27,759 bases of DNA from Candidatus Thorarchaeota archaeon (GCA_011364905.1 RDNZ01000040.1:1-27759), one strand, 5' to 3'. Counted from the first letter of the stretch, positions 15,291 to 25,344 are shown. The notes: generated by a model not told the origin, from the sequence alone. Numbers and translations are program-made.

Positions 15291-17954
15291 GTGGTTAAAT
15301 CCAATCACCATTCAGTGTTCTCGGAGGACGAGTCCTTGAAAAAGAAAATGACAAGCACGCTTCTGATATTTTGTTTATTCTTGCCAAGTATTCCAATACT
15401 TCTCTCTGAAGGCGCTATTGATGAGATACAGCCTACCTTTTTTGAGCCCGTTTCTTTGGATTTCAAATCGTTGAGCGAAGTCTATGGGGAAAAGATTCCG
15501 GTAGTAGTCCGTTTCACTTGTGGAGTCACGCAAGAACTTCAACAACTGATTTCCTCTTTAGATCTGGAGTTCAGTCTTGGGAGTGTAAGCAGAAGTCACA
15601 TTGGTCCATACTATCTGCTGGAAGGCTCTTCCTGCGGTCTTAAGGGTCTGATTGATATGGGAGTTGTTTCTGAGATTGCTCCTCAAACCTATGTACAACA
15701 TCTTGAATCTCCAAGAGACATTTCGATTCCAGAAATCAAGGCCAATGATGTGTGGATGATGTTGGACGACTTAAGCCAAAACATTACTGGACAGGGGATG
15801 CTCATAGCTGATCTTGACACTGGAGTAGACTGGCGACATCCAGATCTCTGGTTTCCTGATGGTGGTCAATATACATGGTTGGAGAATATACCTAACGGTG
15901 TGCTTGATAATGGGACTGATGGTGTTGACTTGAATCCAGATGGCACAATAATGGCTGACGAGGTCCTCTATTTCATTGACCTAGATGGCAATGGTGTCTT
16001 CAATGTGCGAACAGAGTGGGCGTGGGCAGATAACATCTCGCAGAATGCTCTTCCAGATATTGGCGAACCCTTTTTCGTTGTAAATGACACTTCACAAAAT
16101 GGCTTGCTCGACCTAGGCGAACCCCTTGTAATGTTGGGCACACCTAAGACAAGGTATATTGTTGAAAAGGATGGCAATCCTACTCCAAGCATCCAAACTT
16201 GGGAGCGAGGGGTGAACCTTACATCTAGCACGCATCATGACAATAGTCAATATGGCGGGGGCCATGGCACTGCAGTTGCTGGCATACTTCTGGGTGGACA
16301 GATTGGATATCGAGATTATGTTGGAGTAGCTCCTGATGCCGAATTGATGATAATCCGTGTAATCGGCGATCAATACACATGGTTGTCAATAGAGGAGGGA
16401 CTTACAATTGCCAACAACACAGGTGCTGACGTAATCCTTACAGAAATAGGGTCCTGGACTTATCAGTATCTTGATGGAAGCTCTTTGGCAGAGAGGATGA
16501 TTGATGACTTGGTGGCATATGGTGTCCCTGTGATTTCACCAAGCGGAAACCTTGGTGGAAAGGAGAAGCATGCCATGTTCAATACAGCGCCCAGTGTCCC
16601 TCATCTTATTGACTTCTCAGTTCCTACTGTTGATGGAGTGTATATTTTTGAAGACATTACTGAGGTCTACATAACCGTCTTGACAGTTGATCCCACCGAC
16701 TTTTTGGTCAGTGACTTTAGTTTAGTGATTAATGGGACTACATATAATCTATACCCCGGAATCGGAGAGGGAGCATGGTTCCTTCAATCTAACATTGTTC
16801 CAGGAGTCAGTGTGCAGTCCTACACGTCTGTTTCTCCAAGAGGCACTAGAATGCTCGCAATATGGTTGTATGGCGCACTTACAACCACTCCACCGTATCC
16901 TTTCTATCGTCTCAACATAACAACGCCTGATGCCGCAACAATCCATGCGTACATCTCTGATGACCAGAGCGGATGGAGTGGGGGATGTGTCTGGCAGAAC
17001 GATGTGGCGGACAGTCACCAAATAACATGGCCTTCAACTGCAGATAGTGCAATTAGTGTTGCAAGTTACAGAACTAGAAACTTGGTAGGTGGCGGAACCA
17101 TTGGCGATCGAGCAGACTTCTCCTCGATTGGTCCCCGAATCGATGGATTTCCGAAGCAGTCTATAGCAGCTCCAGGCGGCTATGACATCATCTCGGACTA
17201 TGCCAATGGGTCTTCTTGGGCAACATGGTACAACAACTTCGGCGCACTCCCATTTGACCAACGTTTTGGCAGTTATAGATTATTCAGCGGAACTAGTGCT
17301 TCCGGTCCTCATGTTGCAGGAGCGGCAGCTTTGATACTTCAAGCCAATTCCACAGTTGGCAACCAAGTGAAGGTCCTGATTGAGTCTTCAGCCAGAAGTG
17401 ATGGGTTCACAGGTCCTGTTCCGAATGATCAGTGGGGCTTTGGAAAACTGGATGTCAAAGCCGCATTGTCTCTTCTAATTCCTATACCTGATACAGATGG
17501 TCCAGTGATTGGAAACCACGATCGCATGCCCTTCACACCAAACTCAACCGAATCTGTGCGTTTGAATGTGACAGTTGCAGACCCATCTGGAGTTGACACC
17601 GTTATTCTCTCTTACTATAATGGTACTGTATGGCAAAATATCACAATGGCATGGACTGGAGTTTATTATGAGGCCACAATACCTGCATTTCCAAATGGGT
17701 TTCTAGTAAGCTATCGATTCTATGCAAATGATACACTTGACAATTGGTCTATGTCTGCGACTTATAGCTACACAGTCACAGACCCAGGAATCACTCCACC
17801 AACTACTACGACAACCACAGGCGGTCCAACATCCACTACTCCGCCGCCTGAAGAACCAGATTATCTTAGACTAGCCATTTTTCTGAGTGCAATTCTTGTC
17901 TTGATAATTCTGACCGTTATCTTCAATAAAAGGAGGTCTCGAGAACCGAGATAA
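15291..17954 (+). CDS. Membrane-anchored subtilisin-like S8 serine protease; start may be later (e.g. ATG 15348)
   Basis: Catalytic triad ADLDTGVD / GHGTAVAG / FSGTSASGPHVAG, oxyanion SGN, signal peptide and propeptide, Ig-like domain, Thr/Pro linker, C-terminal TM plus KRR. Confidence 0.93.
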   Translation: MVKSNHHSVFSEDESLKKKMTSTLLIFCLFLPSIPILLSEGAIDEIQPTFFEPVSLDFKSLSEVYGEKIPVVVRFTCGVTQELQQLISSLDLEFSLGSVSRSHIGPYYLLEGSSCGLKGLIDMGVVSEIAPQTYVQHLESPRDISIPEIKANDVWMMLDDLSQNITGQGMLIADLDTGVDWRHPDLWFPDGGQYTWLENIPNGVLDNGTDGVDLNPDGTIMADEVLYFIDLDGNGVFNVRTEWAWADNISQNALPDIGEPFFVVNDTSQNGLLDLGEPLVMLGTPKTRYIVEKDGNPTPSIQTWERGVNLTSSTHHDNSQYGGGHGTAVAGILLGGQIGYRDYVGVAPDAELMIIRVIGDQYTWLSIEEGLTIANNTGADVILTEIGSWTYQYLDGSSLAERMIDDLVAYGVPVISPSGNLGGKEKHAMFNTAPSVPHLIDFSVPTVDGVYIFEDITEVYITVLTVDPTDFLVSDFSLVINGTTYNLYPGIGEGAWFLQSNIVPGVSVQSYTSVSPRGTRMLAIWLYGALTTTPPYPFYRLNITTPDAATIHAYISDDQSGWSGGCVWQNDVADSHQITWPSTADSAISVASYRTRNLVGGGTIGDRADFSSIGPRIDGFPKQSIAAPGGYDIISDYANGSSWATWYNNFGALPFDQRFGSYRLFSGTSASGPHVAGAAALILQANSTVGNQVKVLIESSARSDGFTGPVPNDQWGFGKLDVKAALSLLIPIPDTDGPVIGNHDRMPFTPNSTESVRLNVTVADPSGVDTVILSYYNGTVWQNITMAWTGVYYEATIPAFPNGFLVSYRFYANDTLDNWSMSATYSYTVTDPGITPPTTTTTTGGPTSTTPPPEEPDYLRLAIFLSAILVLIILTVIFNKRRSREPR

Positions 17955-18026
17955 AGGAATTAATACCAAGTCACATCAATAGCACTAATTGAGAGATGTG
18001 AGCAGGTCTTATATGAGCTTGGTATA

Positions 18027-18404
18027 TTGCGAAATAGACGACAAATCAGACAAAAGGTACAGGCCATGAAACAACTTGGAGAATTCACACTTGATTTGGG
18101 ACACAAGAAACTCATGCCCGTTGAAGTTCTCATCGATAATGACAACACGCTCATTCTCATAGATTGTAATTGCTGCGAGGAATTCCTCTCAAGACGTCTC
18201 CCAGGTGGAGTTCTCATACCCATTGCCTCAGCTTTGAAGACCTTTTTCGAAAGTCGTGGGATGAGAAACATCGATGTGAACGTTAGTGGCGTTCTGATGC
18301 GTCGTACCTACAAGGGCATAATGAATGATGCAGACTTACCAGAAATGACTGCAGTTCTGGAGAATGCTGTCAATAGCTTCACTCGCCGACGGAAGAAAAG
18401 ATGA
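18027..18404 (+). CDS. Hypothetical protein (likely start ATG 18066) with CNCC motif and basic C-terminus
   Basis: Intact ORF filling the gap; no family recognised. Confidence 0.7.
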   Translation: MRNRRQIRQKVQAMKQLGEFTLDLGHKKLMPVEVLIDNDNTLILIDCNCCEEFLSRRLPGGVLIPIASALKTFFESRGMRNIDVNVSGVLMRRTYKGIMNDADLPEMTAVLENAVNSFTRRRKKR

Positions 18405-18430
18405 TGGAAGAGAGTAGAAACTCTCCCCAT
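18404..18430. terminator. Weak hairpin between convergent genes
   Basis: GAGAGT-agaa-ACTCTC with outer ATGG/CCAT pairing. Confidence 0.3.
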
Positions 18431-18437
18431 TCTTATT

Positions 18438-19532
18438 CTACTGGTTCTCGGATTGAAACTCCCTAAGATACTCAGCTAGGGTCTTGACCCCGTCAATGGT
18501 CATTGCGTTGTAGATTGAAGCTCTCATTCCGCCAACTGATCGATGGCCTTTGAGACCTATCAACCCTCTTGCTTCTCCCTCTTTGACGCACTTGTCTTCA
18601 AGTTCGGAGGAGGCCATTGTGAATGTCACATTCATGAGAGATCTAGAGTCTTCCCGAGCATGACCCTCGTAGAACCCATCAGATGAGTCTATTACATCAT
18701 AGATGACTTTGGCTTTCTCTTCATTCCTGCGTTCCATCTCTTTCACTCCTCCTACTTCCTTCGTGTATTCTAGAGCAAGTTTGCATATGTAGATGGGAAA
18801 CACAGGAGGCGTGTTATAAAGCGAGTTACGCTCTGCATGAATCTTCCATTTTTGCATAGTTGGAATGTTTTCGGGAACTCTGTCAAGCAAGTCTTCTCTC
18901 ACGATTACTAGTGTGATTCCAGCAGGTCCGATATTCTTCTGTGCTCCTGCATAGATGACGCCATAGTCTTTGACTTTGACCGGTTTACTCATGATGTTCG
19001 AAGACATGTCACTCACCAAGGGTACATCACTCGGTACCTTGGGCATATAGTGCCATTCAGTTCCGTAGAGAGTGTTGTTGCTTGAGATATGTGCGAATGC
19101 TGTTCCCTCATTGAACTCGATATTCTGAGGAATATAGGAAAACTTCTTGTCTTCTGATGATGCAATGATTTTGACTTCTCCATAGAGATTGGCCTCTTTG
19201 ATTGCTTTTGTTGACCAACCTCCAGTATTCACGTATTCCATGGGCTTTCCCGGTTGCTGTAGATTCAAGGGCACCATAAAGAATTGAGTCGAGGCTCCGC
19301 CGCTCAACCAAAGAACCTTGTAATCTGTTGGGACTCCCATCAATTCTCTCACAAGACTATTTGCATCAGACATTACTTTGTCCCACTCTTTCGATCGATG
19401 GGAGATTTCCATCACAGACATGCCTGTTCCTGCAAAATCGAGTAGTTCTTCCTGTGCCCTCTCTAAGACTGGCAATGGAAGCGTTGCAGGTCCGGGATAG
19501 AAGTTATAGACTCTCTTTGTCATTATATCCAC
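18438..19532 (-). CDS. serC: Phosphoserine aminotransferase (bacterial-type SerC); start may be ATG 19523
   Basis: YNFYPGPATLP, GMSVMEISHRS, GGASTQF, DMSS, IYAGAQKNIGPAG (PLP Lys), YNTPP, RSLMNVTF, KGHRSVGGMRASIYNA. Confidence 0.96.
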   Translation of the reverse strand: MDIMTKRVYNFYPGPATLPLPVLERAQEELLDFAGTGMSVMEISHRSKEWDKVMSDANSLVRELMGVPTDYKVLWLSGGASTQFFMVPLNLQQPGKPMEYVNTGGWSTKAIKEANLYGEVKIIASSEDKKFSYIPQNIEFNEGTAFAHISSNNTLYGTEWHYMPKVPSDVPLVSDMSSNIMSKPVKVKDYGVIYAGAQKNIGPAGITLVIVREDLLDRVPENIPTMQKWKIHAERNSLYNTPPVFPIYICKLALEYTKEVGGVKEMERRNEEKAKVIYDVIDSSDGFYEGHAREDSRSLMNVTFTMASSELEDKCVKEGEARGLIGLKGHRSVGGMRASIYNAMTIDGVKTLAEYLREFQSENQ

Positions 19533-20900
19533 CTACTCCAGTTTGTTTATTGTGAATCCAGTCCATACTTTGGGCTGGAAGAATGTACTCTTCTGAGGCA
19601 TGCACTCGAAGTTTTTCGAAACAGCCTCGACTTCAGATATTCTTGTCGGATTCATAAAGAAAACGGCCTGACCATTTTTTTGAACTGACTTGATTGCCTC
19701 GTCAACGGCATCCCCTATCCCCTTGATATACACGACGTACCCTCCACCTCTCATTGTTCCTTGCTCGAGTTTCTGTTTGTCGATGCCCAAAATTCTATCA
19801 AGGATGAGCGAATGCAGTATTGCCACATCAAGTCCTCTTAATTCAGCAGACTTGTCAGCCAAGAGCTCATCCATTACTGATATGTCCTTCAATGTTAAGA
19901 CGTAGAAGTTCGAGTCATCTATATAGAGTCCAAAGGAGTGTTTGCGCTTTTCGAAATTCTCATTCATCAGATTAAACATCTCATCTGCTTTTTCAAAAGC
20001 GTCAACAACAAAATGTTCGTGGATCTCTTTGAGAAGCCTTTCTTTTGAAAATGACTCCAAGTTTTGTACAAGTCTATGTGTTGGAAGGACCACGAGACCC
20101 GGATTTGAGATGTTGACAAATGTAAGCATGCGATATTTAGCGGAATCCAACTCAGAATGCTCCTTTGCCAAAGCAAGCGCAGTTTTGTATCTGTGATGTC
20201 CGTCTGCAATGATTATGTACTTGTCCTCCATTAGAGTAGCGATTTTCTTCAAATCAATCTCATTATCAATTCTCCAAAGTCTATGACGTATTCCATCACT
20301 ATCAACAACATTTGCAACAGGGTCTTTTGCCATGTGCCTCTCGAGGATAGCATCAACCTCTCGTTTGTGATCTGGATATATCACGAATATCTGTCCGAAA
20401 TTAGCCATGCAAGATCTGCATAGATTCAGTCTATCTTCGATATCCTTGGGCAGTGTTTCCTCGTGCTGAAGAACGCCAAAGAAACCTCCAGTACCCGGTT
20501 TGCCACTTGCAAAATCCTCTAGCTCAATCAAGCCTATGAATCCAAAACGAAACAGCTTCTTACCTTCAATCTCGAAGTCTTGACCATAGACATAGAATGA
20601 ATCCGTGTCATCACGGACGAGGGCACCTTCCTTAATCCATTTGCTGAAATGCTCACTTGCCCTCGTGTATTGATTTGACGATGGTGTGTCTGTACTCTGA
20701 GGCTTGTTTTTTATGATCCACGCCATGTTGTACTCTGACAGGGATTGTAATTTGTCTATCATATCTCCTTTGATTATATCATAAGGTGGAGTAACTAAAC
20801 GGGACAAATCGCCTGCCTGTTCTTCATTGAATCTGAATGCTTTGAAGGGCTTAACACGTACCATTACCGCTCTCTCCAAATCAAGGCATGATGTTTTCAA
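19533..20900 (-). CDS. DUF1015 family protein (ParB/Srx-like catalytic core); likely start ATG 20864
   Basis: VKPFKA, PPYDII, HEETL, DRLNL, IADGHHRY, LVVLPTHR, MPQKSTFFQPK. Abuts serC, its usual neighbour. Confidence 0.9.
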   Translation of the reverse strand: MKTSCLDLERAVMVRVKPFKAFRFNEEQAGDLSRLVTPPYDIIKGDMIDKLQSLSEYNMAWIIKNKPQSTDTPSSNQYTRASEHFSKWIKEGALVRDDTDSFYVYGQDFEIEGKKLFRFGFIGLIELEDFASGKPGTGGFFGVLQHEETLPKDIEDRLNLCRSCMANFGQIFVIYPDHKREVDAILERHMAKDPVANVVDSDGIRHRLWRIDNEIDLKKIATLMEDKYIIIADGHHRYKTALALAKEHSELDSAKYRMLTFVNISNPGLVVLPTHRLVQNLESFSKERLLKEIHEHFVVDAFEKADEMFNLMNENFEKRKHSFGLYIDDSNFYVLTLKDISVMDELLADKSAELRGLDVAILHSLILDRILGIDKQKLEQGTMRGGGYVVYIKGIGDAVDEAIKSVQKNGQAVFFMNPTRISEVEAVSKNFECMPQKSTFFQPKVWTGFTINKLE

Positions 20901-21045
20901 GCCCGGCTCTTAGGCTCCTTGTCATAAGTCTTTCTTTCTGAAACCAAATTTTGAGAAGAATACCAAGAAACTTCCCAAACGTCAAACTTAAATGAAATCC
21001 AGCTAGGAAAAGCCGAACCTATCATACTGACGGGGAGAAACACTA

Positions 21046-21321
21046 ATGGAATTCTGTGAAAAATGTGGCGCACTTATGCTTCCTAAAAAAGAGGAAGGAA
21101 AGAAAAAGACAATCACTCTGAAATGCAGAGAGTGCGGACACGAAAAAACTGTCCGTTCAGCTCCAGAGTATAAAGTTGAACACAGAATAAAACACACTCC
21201 GCGTGAGAAGATCATTGTTGTGGAGGAAGATTCAAAGCGAGCTGATGAAATGACTGAAGACGAGCGTCGAGAGCGACGCAAGGAGATTCTAGAATATTAC
21301 CAATCTGAGGATGAACAGTAA
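21046..21321 (+). CDS. TFS/RpoM paralogue with only the N-terminal zinc ribbon (TFS2-like)
   Basis: MEFCEKCGALMLPKK...LKCRECG. No C-terminal CxxC...QTRSADE...CxxC; a charged helical tail is present instead. Confidence 0.8.
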   Translation: MEFCEKCGALMLPKKEEGKKKTITLKCRECGHEKTVRSAPEYKVEHRIKHTPREKIIVVEEDSKRADEMTEDERRERRKEILEYYQSEDEQ

Positions 21322-21378
21322 GAATCAGATAATCTAATATTTCACAAACAGTCAGTAAACATCATTGTCACCGCGTAC

Positions 21379-22320
21379 TTGAATACTGACTTGTTTTACA
21401 GTCCTGATTTCTTTTGGATTGTAGCTTATAATATGGAGGAGCCGAAGCGGATGGGAATTAATCTTCATTATGATAATCGCAACTACTTACTAACAAACGG
21501 AAACATTGCAGATAAACTACGACTTGCATTTGCCGCAAAAGAAGTGTCTGAGGAACAAATTCATGAGTTTATGGATGAAGTAAGAAGGATTCAAAACAAA
21601 GATGGTGGAATGCCATTCGGTGTACAGCCTGGGAATCCGAGTTCAGTAAAGGAAACTGCAGAAATTCTAGCGTTGATTTCCAATTACAAATCCAAGGGGC
21701 TTGCCATCATAGATGAGATGATTAAATTTCTCGTTTCACGACAGAAGAATGATGGTGGATTTAGTGAAACCTTGAACCTTGATCCCTACATTGAAGACAA
21801 GTGGGGTGAGATTGGACGAGATTGGTACCCTGTAGCCAAGAGTGTCACATGGTTGACTGGGAAAGCACTTGAAGCATTGTGTCTTGTAAGCTATGAAGAT
21901 GAAGAACGACTAAGACGGGCTCGGGACTTCCTTCTTTATAACCAATATGAGGATGGTAACTGGCCCGATTATATAGGCCGGAATGAGTCTGATCCTCTAG
22001 CCACTGGAAATATACTTCTTGGACTTAGAGCTATAGGCATTAATTCTGATAATAAGGTGTATCGAGACGCAAGAGCCGCGCTTCTCCAACACTTGAAAGA
22101 GGCAGTCGATAGCAAATCTACATTTGACATGGCTGATTTGACCGCTGTTGGAAAACCAGAGTCTGACCTTGAGGCAAGTGTCATTCGGAATGGACTGGAA
22201 TTGATTGTTGAGAGTCAAAATGAAGATGGGGGCTGGGCTCCTCTCGGATTCAAGAAGAGTGACCCCGAATTAAGTTCAATTCTTTCATTCGTTTTCCTAA
22301 AGCTCAGAAAACTCGCATAG
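21379..22320 (+). CDS. Prenyltransferase/squalene-cyclase (QW) repeat alpha-alpha barrel protein; likely start ATG 21451
   Basis: QNKDGG, QKNDGGF, QYEDGNW, QNEDGGW. GGAGGAG upstream of 21451. Confidence 0.82.
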   Translation: MNTDLFYSPDFFWIVAYNMEEPKRMGINLHYDNRNYLLTNGNIADKLRLAFAAKEVSEEQIHEFMDEVRRIQNKDGGMPFGVQPGNPSSVKETAEILALISNYKSKGLAIIDEMIKFLVSRQKNDGGFSETLNLDPYIEDKWGEIGRDWYPVAKSVTWLTGKALEALCLVSYEDEERLRRARDFLLYNQYEDGNWPDYIGRNESDPLATGNILLGLRAIGINSDNKVYRDARAALLQHLKEAVDSKSTFDMADLTAVGKPESDLEASVIRNGLELIVESQNEDGGWAPLGFKKSDPELSSILSFVFLKLRKLA

Positions 22321-22336
22321 TGCTTGATGTGGTTAA

Positions 22337-22876
22337 ATGGCAGAGAAAGTGTTGGCTGTCTTAAAAAAAGGCACGAAGTATATTGCAGGTGTTTTCACAT
22401 CACATGGACTATACACGAGTTCTTTTCCATGCGAAAGTGAATCTGAAGCAATCAAGGATGTTAATGGAGAATCCCTATTTGTAGAGAATACAGTCAAACG
22501 TATGAGAGCTCTTGAAACTGTTTTTGCAGTTCACGAAGGATACGAGAGCGCAGCTACTCGTGACATCGATTTGGATCTCTCGGGATTTACAGCAAAACAG
22601 GTTTCTGTTCTCAAGGTCGTGATGGATATACCTTATGGGTCCGTTATGACCTATGGTGATGTTGCAAAGAAGGCTGGTTTGCCTGGAGCTGCAAGATTCG
22701 TGGGGAATGTAATGCGTATCAATCGACTTGGACCAATAATTCCTTGTCATCGTGTTGTGTCATCGACAGGTCTCGGTGGATATACTGGCGGTATCGACAA
22801 GAAGATTGATTTACTAGCGCGTGAGGGAGTCATTCGCGGAGAAATTTCGCAGAAGGCTTTACATAGGATTCCGTGA
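22337..22876 (+). CDS. ogt: Methylated-DNA--protein-cysteine S-methyltransferase
   Basis: IPYG...TYG..A......AARFVG..M..N, IIPCHRVV, GLGGY.GG..KK..LL..EG. Confidence 0.94.
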   Translation: MAEKVLAVLKKGTKYIAGVFTSHGLYTSSFPCESESEAIKDVNGESLFVENTVKRMRALETVFAVHEGYESAATRDIDLDLSGFTAKQVSVLKVVMDIPYGSVMTYGDVAKKAGLPGAARFVGNVMRINRLGPIIPCHRVVSSTGLGGYTGGIDKKIDLLAREGVIRGEISQKALHRIP

Positions 22877-22916
22877 TTTTCGAAGCGGGACCGATGGGTT
22901 TGGAAGCGTGAGCGCT

Positions 22917-23393
22917 ATGAACTTGAAGGTACGAAGAAATGGAGAAATCGTCGAGCTACGGAAAGTGGAACTTGATACATTAAGCCCACCGCTATTCCGA
23001 ACACTCATTGGTTATAATTCACTGAAGCGTCTCGGATACTCCATCTCCTTTATCCGCCCAAAGAAGAGTTCCAGTGGTGACTTTGAAAGAATCAGGTATA
23101 ACTTCATCGAGCGTGGGATCATGACTCGTCAGCTCGAAGGTGAGCTTGAACCCGATATGAAACGGGGAATTCTCAATCAATTGCCACGAGGTAACTTCTC
23201 CATTATTCTCCTTTTAACGCAAGTTCCGCGAAGAGGTGTGAATATTCGGCTCGATAAGTTCGAGTATGAATTTCTCGGTTGTATTCTGATGAGAAATGAC
23301 GAAACACTTGATGTGGTAATGAACACTACTCCTACAAGAGATATATTGATGCCAATGTATGAAAGTGATGAGTTGGCAAGTGAGAGTGCTTGA
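22917..23393 (+). CDS. Hypothetical protein (ORF track start 22821 overlaps ogt; ATG 22917 preferred)
   Basis: Intact ORF with protein-like composition; no motif recognised. Confidence 0.65.
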   Translation: MNLKVRRNGEIVELRKVELDTLSPPLFRTLIGYNSLKRLGYSISFIRPKKSSSGDFERIRYNFIERGIMTRQLEGELEPDMKRGILNQLPRGNFSIILLLTQVPRRGVNIRLDKFEYEFLGCILMRNDETLDVVMNTTPTRDILMPMYESDELASESA

Positions 23394-23395
23394 GA

Positions 23396-23551
23396 CTATA
23401 ATTTGCGAGTGAAAGGTGTCGATCTTTCCTCGAGTCGTTTTATTTCATCACGTTTTTTCTTCGCGCGGTATCCCTCAAGACCCGCCCTGCCTGCAAGAAG
23501 AAGAATCGGTACAATCCACCAAATGATAATGAAAGTCGCATCAAACTGCAT
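23396..23551 (-). CDS. Small single-TM membrane protein (about 51 aa)
   Basis: MQFDATFIIIWWIVPILLLAG followed by a basic/charged tail; fills the gap between neighbours. Confidence 0.5.
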   Translation of the reverse strand: MQFDATFIIIWWIVPILLLAGRAGLEGYRAKKKRDEIKRLEERSTPFTRKL

Positions 23552-23661
23552 TTCGGTTCGTCGCAAACACATTCTGAACTTAATTAAAGATGTCGTAAAG
23601 AGCATAATTCGCTTATCTTTATCAGGAGACTGAGACACACGGAATTGGGAGGAAACCCACA

Positions 23662-25344
23662 GTGCCTAAGAGTGCACGAGATATTCCAAAAGAGATTGCC
23701 GCATTTGGAGAACGACAGTTCAAGGAAACAGGCGCTTCAGCAGTGGAAGTCCTTCGAGTGAAAGCCGCCGTTATGCGGAAGTACTTCCGGCAATTAAGAG
23801 GAATCACCTTCCTTGTAGCGGTTATCGCGCTTGATCGGGTGCGAATCTATTTTTTCAGTTCTACAGGTGCCATGCTTGTTGGTGAGAACGTTGAACCATC
23901 TATATATCAAAAACTCCGAACTAGCTCTAAACTTGTCGCCAAATTTGAAAAGCCCAAAGAACTTACCCAAGAAGAGCAAAGGATTGAGGCCACTCAGGAA
24001 CTGAGGGACTCGCTAGCCAAAGCTATACGACGCGTGACGCGCTTTCTGTCAACAGCCTCGCCAAAATTCCCTGATATTTTTGTCATTCGAACAAGCTCAA
24101 TGGAGCAAACTCAAAGCTTTGGACTTCAGATTACTGATGATGAGGAATATCTCTTCGAGGAATCTGCATTAAAGACAAAATGGGTGGATGGCCTCATAAC
24201 TAGAGCAGCTTTCTTGATGCATCTTAGCCTCAATTCATCTAGGTCGCAGATTGCTTCGACTATCGGTAATGGACTGGCTCTCGCAATTCTGAAAGAGCCT
24301 GCAAGAAAATCGTTTCTCGAGTTTTGGTTAAAGCAGAGCTTGGGATCGGAGTGGTCTGAGATTGTAAATCACTTGATTACGCATGCTGACTGCTACACTC
24401 ATGAGGGATTTGTTCGACTCTATTCACTTCTTAACCAAAACAAAACACAATCATCTCAGTCTATTGACTGGTCACTCCCTCTCCGGATCATACATGACAC
24501 CACAACTGTAGCCATTGGAACTGAAGAGTATCATGTCATTTCCAGATTCTGTCAAACACTAACAAAGCCACAGAAGCTGAATTCGCGAAAAGAAAAATTG
24601 AGGTCCATTCATCTCTCACCTCGCACAATTTGCGATCCCACTTCTCTGAATATTCATCTCTCAATCTCCAATGGTGAACCATCACATGAGGATTGGGCAA
24701 CAATCTCATTTCTTGAAGGACGCAAGAAAAACACTCTTCGAATCGGACCTGGGCATGACTCATTGGTAACTGCTATTGAGTATTGGCTAAATCTTGAGGA
24801 TGTCTATCCTTCATCTGGAGGACTTGTATCTCATGGGAAAAGTGTGCTTCAGAGGGCATTAGCGGCACTTGGCGTCTCGAGTATACCGTCAGCGACATAT
24901 GAAAGCGTCATCAAATTCTCAGAAACAGAACTTGCAGCTAATGAAAAAGCTGTGCTGGGTCGCTTGATTCTTGGACAACTTGATGTTCTTTCAAACACAC
25001 TGGTCGGTTCGCCGCAAATTGTTGAGAGGCTTCTCAGAAAGGGAAAAATTATCTTCCTACCAAGTTTCAACCATATTGGCTTAGAACCTGACTATCTTGT
25101 GCGTGGAGAGATAGATGCGCTAAGATCCGTCGTTAGAACGAGCTGTCTTGAAGGAACAATCATCAACACTAATGCTGAAGCCATTGGAATAGTATCAGCT
25201 CCCTCAACTTGGAAATCCGGTTTGCTTAACTCAGCAACGACCGAAGGTCTATCAGTTCATCCAATATTGACAATAGACTCAAATCGACACTTGCTCCGAA
25301 CTGAAGATTCGTTTCCAAAGGGAAAACCAGTTTTCTGGGAGTAG
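23662..25344 (+). CDS. Hypothetical soluble protein (560 aa)
   Basis: Long ORF with GGAGG RBS before GTG. No recognisable motif. Confidence 0.8.
   Translation: MPKSARDIPKEIAAFGERQFKETGASAVEVLRVKAAVMRKYFRQLRGITFLVAVIALDRVRIYFFSSTGAMLVGENVEPSIYQKLRTSSKLVAKFEKPKELTQEEQRIEATQELRDSLAKAIRRVTRFLSTASPKFPDIFVIRTSSMEQTQSFGLQITDDEEYLFEESALKTKWVDGLITRAAFLMHLSLNSSRSQIASTIGNGLALAILKEPARKSFLEFWLKQSLGSEWSEIVNHLITHADCYTHEGFVRLYSLLNQNKTQSSQSIDWSLPLRIIHDTTTVAIGTEEYHVISRFCQTLTKPQKLNSRKEKLRSIHLSPRTICDPTSLNIHLSISNGEPSHEDWATISFLEGRKKNTLRIGPGHDSLVTAIEYWLNLEDVYPSSGGLVSHGKSVLQRALAALGVSSIPSATYESVIKFSETELAANEKAVLGRLILGQLDVLSNTLVGSPQIVERLLRKGKIIFLPSFNHIGLEPDYLVRGEIDALRSVVRTSCLEGTIINTNAEAIGIVSAPSTWKSGLLNSATTEGLSVHPILTIDSNRHLLRTEDSFPKGKPVFWE

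Noticed and set aside
17791-17850. ACN-rich low-complexity stretch
   Set aside because: Encodes the ordinary Thr/Pro linker before the protease TM anchor.
21379-22320. Squalene/oxidosqualene cyclase
   Set aside because: Only about 290-310 aa (a single barrel) and no DxDD/DCTAE catalytic motif; just QW-type repeats.
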